Translations under genes and position numbers: made by a program
NCBI GenBank assembly: GCA_030141605.1
Contig: JAQGDQ010000819.1
Location: 1-64,000 of the forward strand
Reading direction: 5' to 3'
DNA from: Tubiluchus corallicola
Taxonomy: Eukaryota > Animalia > Priapulida
DNA length: 64,000 nucleotides
Shown: positions 58,701 to 64,000 of the stretch, piece after piece
Layout of the letters: each line of letters starts with the position of its first letter
How positions within the stretch are numbered: the stretch's first letter is position 1
Notes under the pieces: generated by a model
Database searches by the model: none
Told to the model about the DNA's origin: nothing
The model's input: the letters and a program-made list of their open reading frames with translations, nothing else

Positions 58701-61700
58701 TCAACTAGTGGACATCGCAATCTGGACAACCAACTAGTGGATATCGCAATGTGGACAATCAACTAGTGGACATCGCAATGTGGACAATCAACTAGTGGAC
58801 ATCGCAATGTGGACAATCAACTAGTGCATTTAATTGGTTAAATGTCTTAAATGAAGAAAGCTGTTCTTAAAGTCAAAAATTTCTTAGTTTATTACTTTTA
58901 TTTACAATATACTTACTTCATAATTTATTGCTCTTCTGGAGGGATCCGCCTGTTCATCTTCGTCATCAAAGCCATCGTTCACGGCACCTTCCGTCTTGTC
59001 ATCATGTTTGCCCCGTTTTCTTCCCTAAAAGGATGACCAACAAGTATACAGAACTGTGAGAGTAAAAACACATTGACAACGCTGTCCAAACTCATCACAT
59101 TGACAACGTTGTCCAAACTCATCACATTGACAACGTTGTCCAAACTCATCACATTGACAACGTTGTCCAAACTCATCACATCGACAACGCTGTCCAAACT
59201 CATCACATTGACAACGTTGTCCAAACTCATCACATCGACAACGTTGTCCAAACTCATCACATCGACAACGTTGTCCAAACTCATCACATCGACAACGCTG
59301 TCCAAACTCATCACATCGACAACGTTGTCCAAACTCATCACATCGACAACGTTGTCCAAACTCATCACATCGACAACGCTGTCCAAACTCATCACATTGA
59401 CAACGTTGTCCAAACTCATCACATTGACAACGTTGTCCAAACTCATCACATTGACAACGTTGTCCAAACTCATCACATTGACAACGTTGTCCAAACTCAT
59501 CACATTGACAACGCTGTCCAAACTCATCACATTGACAACGTTGTCCAAACTCATCACATCGACAACGTTGTCCAAACTCATCACATCGACAACGCTGTCC
59601 AAACTCATCACATCGACAACGTTGTCCAAACTCATCACATCGACAACGTTGTCCAAACTCATCACATCGACAACGTTGTCCAAACTCATCACATTGACAA
59701 CGTTGTCCAAACTCATCACATTGACAACGTTGTCCAAACTCATCACATTGACAACGTTGTCCAAACTCATCACATTGACAACGTTATCCACACTCATCAC
59801 ATTCACAACGCTGTCCAAACTCATCACATTGACAACGTTGTCCAAACTCATCACATTGACAACGTTGTCCAAACTTCACCTACAAAATTCAAAGCACAAA
59901 TTCACTTACGAATTGCCTGACACGCTGGAACTAATGCATAGTAATCTATAACTTTAGCTTTAGATTTAAGTACCATATGTAGGTAACATATAGGATATGA
60001 ACACATTTATACAACAAAATGTGATTATAACATGCCTTATATATTTTACAATGTTGCTTGTAATAAATTTAAGTATTCAATTGGCAATTTTAACATAGCG
60101 AAAGCATAAACACCCACATTTTTCTATTATATACGTTTTGAACGTTTATCTTCATTGCGGGAGTTTGAACTGCCGTTGATGCTCTTAGCTACTGCTCGTT
60201 GAGAATATTGCTTATAATGACGTTTCCCTTACACCAGCATTAAAGTTAGTTTGTTATAGAGCAATAGAGGTGCAAATTTGCGTAGAAAATCGTGTGTATT
60301 TCCCTACCCAAGTTCGGCCACCTTCTGGAAATCCAGTTTCAAGTTTCCTGTGTTTGTCTGATGTCGAGTTCTCTGCCATGGTGAAATCTTCGTATTCACC
60401 GCTAGATTGTTCGTCAGAGCTGGCCAACATTTCTGCGATGGTCTTCCGCTTTTTTTCCTTGACAGAGTTTATCTGCTTTTTCCATTTTACTTCATTTGCT
60501 GTCTGTTGTGATGCGTCTGCTCAGCAGATAAAGTGAAATAAATGCAACTTTGTAATAAACAAACATGAGATTGAAAAAACATCATTTTTACTTAGAGAAA
60601 TCTTGTAATAACATATATGCAATAAAAAGCAAGTGCACTACGGCTAGCTGTATTCTAGAATAGACTAAAAGCAAGAATTATACTTACTGTAGTGATTTAA
60701 AATCAAGAATTTATACTTACTGTAGTGATTTAAAATCAAGAATCTATACTTACTGTAGTGATTTAAAATCAAGAATCTATACTTACTGTAGTGATTTAAA
60801 ATCAAGAATCTATACTTACTGTAGTGATTTAAAATCAAGAATCTATACTTACAGTAGTGATTTAAAATCAAGAATTTATACTTACTGTAGTGATTTAAAA
60901 TCAAGAATTTATACTTGCTGTAGTGATTTAAAATCAAGAATTTATACTTACTGTAGTGATTTAAAATCAAGAATCTATACTTACTGTAGTGATTTAAAAT
61001 CAAGAATTTATACTTACTGTAGTGATTTAAAATCAAGAATCTATACTTACTGTAGTGATTTAAAATCAAGAATCTATACTTACTGTAGTGATTTAAAATC
61101 CAGAATTTATACTTACTGTAGTGATTTAAAATCAAGAATTTATACTTACTGTAGTGATTTAAAATCAAGAATTTATACTTACTGTAGTGATTTAAAATCA
61201 AGAATCTATACTTACTGTAGTGATTTAAAATCAAGAATCTATACTTACTGTAGTGATTTAAAATCAAGAATCTATACTTACTGTAGTGATTTAAAATCAA
61301 GAATCTATACTTACTGTAGTGATTTAAAATCAAGAATCTATACTTACTGTAGTGATTTAAAATCAAGAATCTATACTTACTGTAGTGATTTAAAATCGAG
61401 AATCTATACTTACTGTAGTGATTTAAAATCAAGAATCTATACTTGCTGTAGTGATTTAAAATCGAGAATTTATACTTACTGTAGTGATTTAAAATCAAGA
61501 ATTTATACTTGCTGTAGTGATTTAAAATCAAGAATTTATACTTACTGTAGTGATTTAAAATCGAGAATTTATACTTACTGTAGTGATTTAAAATCCAGAA
61601 TTTATACTTGCTGTAGTGATTTAAAATCAAGAATTTACACTTACTGTAGTGATTTAAAATCGAGAATCTATACTTGCTGTAGTGATTTAAAATCAAGAAT

Positions 61701-63869
61701 TTATACTTACTGTAGTGATTTAGAATCGAGAATTTATACTTGCTGTAGTGATTTAAAATGAAGAATTTATACTTACTGTAGTGATTTAAAATCAAGAATT
61801 TATACTTGCTGTAGTGATTTAAAATCAAAAATTTATACTTACTGTAGTGATTTAAAATCAAGAATTTATACTTGCTGTAGTGATTCAAAATCAAAAATTT
61901 ATACTTGCTGTAGTGATTTAAAATCAAGAATTTACACTTACTGTAGTGACTTAAAATCGAGAATTTATACTTGCTGTAGTGATTTAAAATCAAGAATTTA
62001 TACTTACTGTAGTGATTTAAAATCAAGAATTTATACTTGCTGTAGTGATTTAAAATCAAGAATTTATACTTACTGAAGTGATTTAAAATCAAGAATTTAT
62101 ACTTGCTGTAGTGATTTAAAATCAAGAATTTATACTTACTGTAGTGATTTAAAATGAAGAATTTATACTTACTGTAGTGATTTAAAATCAAGAATTTATA
62201 CTTGCTGTAGTGATTTAAAATCAAAAATTTATACTTACTGTAGTGATTTAGAATCGAGAATTTATACTTGCTGTAGTGATTTAAAATCAAGAATTTATAC
62301 TTGCTGTAGTGATTTAAAATCAAGAATTTATACTTGCTGTAGTGATTTAAAATCAAGAATTTACACTTACTGTAGTGATTTAAAATCAAGAATTTATACT
62401 TGCTGTAGTGACTTAAAATCGAGAATTTATACTTGCTGTAGTGATTTAAAATCAAGAATTTATACTTACTGTAGTGATTTAAAATCAAGAATTTATACTT
62501 GCTGTAGTGATTTAAAATCAAGAATCTATACTTACTGTAGTGATTTAAAATCAAGAATCTATACTTACTGTAGTGATTTAAAATCAAGAATTTATACTTG
62601 CTGTAGTGATTTAATATCAAGAATCATATATCAAAAAAGTTTCAGTAATAAATTTTATAAATTGCTACCTATTTCAGCCAAAAGCGCTGGTTCAGTTTCA
62701 TCCACGATCGGTTCTCCTTGCTTCAATTTATGCACAATTTCTTCAACGTGCTCCTTGAGCTTTTCGTCAACTGGTTCCAATTGTTTCATGAGCTGGATTC
62801 ATAAGAAATAAAATTCTAACGTTATGCTATTATAATGATCACTTGATTTTCATGATTATAAGCTTCCAAAATTAGGAGGAATTTATGTGCTTACAGCAGT
62901 ACAATGTAGGCTATTTGCAGTCCCGTCTATTGTTGGCATGTAATGTGTTAAAACGTCAACCAGTTTTTCTTATTTTCTTTTATATTATACACAAATTTGT
63001 TTACTAATTTAATAATGTAGTCATAATTGTAGAAATATGAAGTGTCGTGATGCATATTCCAATTCTACGTGATGTTCCACTTCTTCATCAAAAATCTCTG
63101 GAATTTATGATCTTGGACAAATGTCAAGACATCACTATATATATGTTTATTGACTGATTAAGAGATAGTCGAACATGATACTTTAGTTCAGTCCATAGAT
63201 CACTAGAAAAAAGGACTTGTGATCATATAACATGATCATTTCTGTCAAAAAATAACTGAAGAATTATTTTTAAGTTCTCACTACACACTTATTATCGCCT
63301 AACATGATCATTACTGTCCAAAAAACAGCTCAAGAGTTATTCACAAATTCATGATAAACACTTTTGATTACATAACATGATCATTACTGTCCAAAAATCG
63401 CTAAACAGGTATTTACAAATTCACAATATGACTTTGGGTTTCCATTGAAAAATTCATGCAAATCGTTGAAGTTCAGTTCAGTGTTATCTTCACGAAGGTG
63501 ATTAGTAAGTGGACAAAAACAGATAACATGCTCTTCTGTTTGAATGTTTAAGCCAGAACAGGAGCATAGCCTGTCCTCTCTTTTTATCCTTGCCCATCTT
63601 CCAGTCTCAGTAGCTAGGTTATGTGAGGAGAGGCGTAACTACAGTAACACTTTTGTAATGAGCCGATATTTTTACAAAAAACCGCTGCCTCCATTCCGAC
63701 AAAAAATGAATTTCAGCTCACTCTGCCATTTGTAATTATTGACGTAAAATTTACAAAAAAGCTTGTACTTACCGCCCTGTACGTGGTTAATCTCTTAATC
63801 ACAGGATGATGTTGCACCGGTGTGTTCTTGGCTTTCAACATCAAATAAAATGATCCATTTATCATGTAA
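55628..63869 (-). CDS. UTP3: Something about silencing protein 10 / U3 small-subunit processome component UTP3, 3' part (5' exons lie beyond the window)
   Basis: Exons 63869-63773, 62792-62669, 60516-60308, 59024-58917, 58364-58257, 55720-55628 splice in frame. They contain the Sas10/Utp3 motif YMINGSFYLMLKAKNTPVQHHPVIKRLTTYRALMKQL and the Sas10 C-terminal domain RRAINYEIAKNKGLMPKRKKEQRNPRVKHKLKYRKALIRRKGQVRPPRTEMQRYGGEHSGIRAGLKKGIKLKV*. Confidence 0.93.
55837..56311. mobile_element. pogo/Tc1-mariner-type MITE in the last UTP3 intron
   Basis: TA-CAGTCCGCGCCGCTTAATAG...CTATTAAGCGGCTCCTGCTG-TA. Confidence 0.78.
56537..57466. repeat. Minisatellite, 62-bp unit, about 15 copies
   Basis: AGCTTCAAAGTTTTCTGCCTTCAGATTAGTTATGAGTCAAAAGAAACAGACAAGCGACTTGA at 56537, 56599, 56661. 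Confidence 0.96.
57657..58120. mobile_element. pogo-type MITE, same family as 41977-42448
   Basis: TA-CAGCCAACCTCGG...CCGAGGTTGACGG-TA. Confidence 0.82.
58257..58364 (-). CDS. UTP3: UTP3 exon (Sas10 C-terminal domain)
   Basis: ttgcag|IAKNKGLMPKRKKEQRNPRVKHKLKYRKALIRRKGQ|gtgaga. Confidence 0.95.
58568..58826. repeat. 29-bp tandem repeat, about 9 copies
   Basis: TGGACAATCAACTAGTGGACATCGCAATG. Confidence 0.93.
58917..59024 (-). CDS. UTP3: UTP3 exon
   Basis: ttttag|GRKRGKHDDKTEGAVNDGFDDEDEQADPSRRAINYE|gtaagt. Confidence 0.9.
59068..59873. repeat. Minisatellite, 27-bp unit, about 30 copies
   Basis: CACAT(T/C)GACAACG(T/C)TGTCCAAACTCAT. Confidence 0.96.
60308..60516 (-). CDS. UTP3: UTP3 exon (donor position less certain)
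   Basis: agcag|D-ASQQTANEVKWKKQINSVKEKKRKTIAEMLASSDEQSSGEYEDF...GGRTW|gtaggg; phases fit both neighbours. Confidence 0.75.
60673..62624. repeat. Minisatellite, 33-bp unit, about 59 copies
   Basis: TATACTT(A/G)CTGTAGTGATTTAAAATCAAGAAT(T/C). Confidence 0.97.
62669..62792 (-). CDS. UTP3: UTP3 exon
   Basis: atccag|LMKQLEPVDEKLKEHVEEIVHKLKQGEPIVDETEPALLAEI|gtagca. Confidence 0.88.
63773..63869 (-). CDS. UTP3: UTP3 exon (Sas10/Utp3/C1D domain)
   Basis: ttttag|YMINGSFYLMLKAKNTPVQHHPVIKRLTTYRA|gtaagt. Confidence 0.92.
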
Positions 63870-64000
63870 CTAAAAGCAACAATATTTTAGTTAATTTATT
63901 CAATTCAATTGCACGAAATCTTATTAAAGGAAAAGTCAATCGTTCTGAAAAGTTAAGCTTACTTTAATGTATGCAAAAAATGTTAGGAAGATTTATTAGT

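Noticed and set aside
58979-59951. Two opposite ORFs of about 295 aa
   Set aside because: Products of the 27-bp intronic array
60665-62620. 651-aa minus-strand ORF of ILNHYSKYKFL repeats
   Set aside because: Stop-free frame of a 33-bp minisatellite inside a UTP3 intron; flanking exons splice in frame without it

Overview
AT-rich, intron-containing animal DNA, most likely an invertebrate; the species cannot be determined from the sequence. Four spliced protein genes can be reconstructed by hand from GT/AG boundaries with consistent phases. (1) A minus-strand gene whose first three coding exons (10953-10886, 10528-10422, 6128-5991) encode a CARD9/CARMA-type CARD; the rest was not found. (2, 3) Two tandem plus-strand SLC26 anion transporters of the prestin/pendrin type (28453-39067, about 768 aa; 48022-54685, about 764 aa) with identical 5-exon structure, a 1.7-kb terminal exon and apparent gene-conversion tracts. 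(4) The 3' part of UTP3/SAS10 on the minus strand (63869-55628). The remainder holds about 15 unrelated minisatellite arrays and a decayed Mag-clade Gypsy element with a related solo LTR. There are also R2-, RTE- and other LINE fragments, two tRNA-derived SINEs, and MITEs of hAT, pogo, piggyBac, Kolobok and Mutator type. No CRISPR, rRNA or intact tRNA gene was found, and I found no well-supported wholly new system. The most interesting signals are the SLC26 pair (intron loss, conversion tract with one substitution beside the anion-binding motif), the invertebrate CARD gene, and a pol fragment pasted into an LTR at its TATA box.
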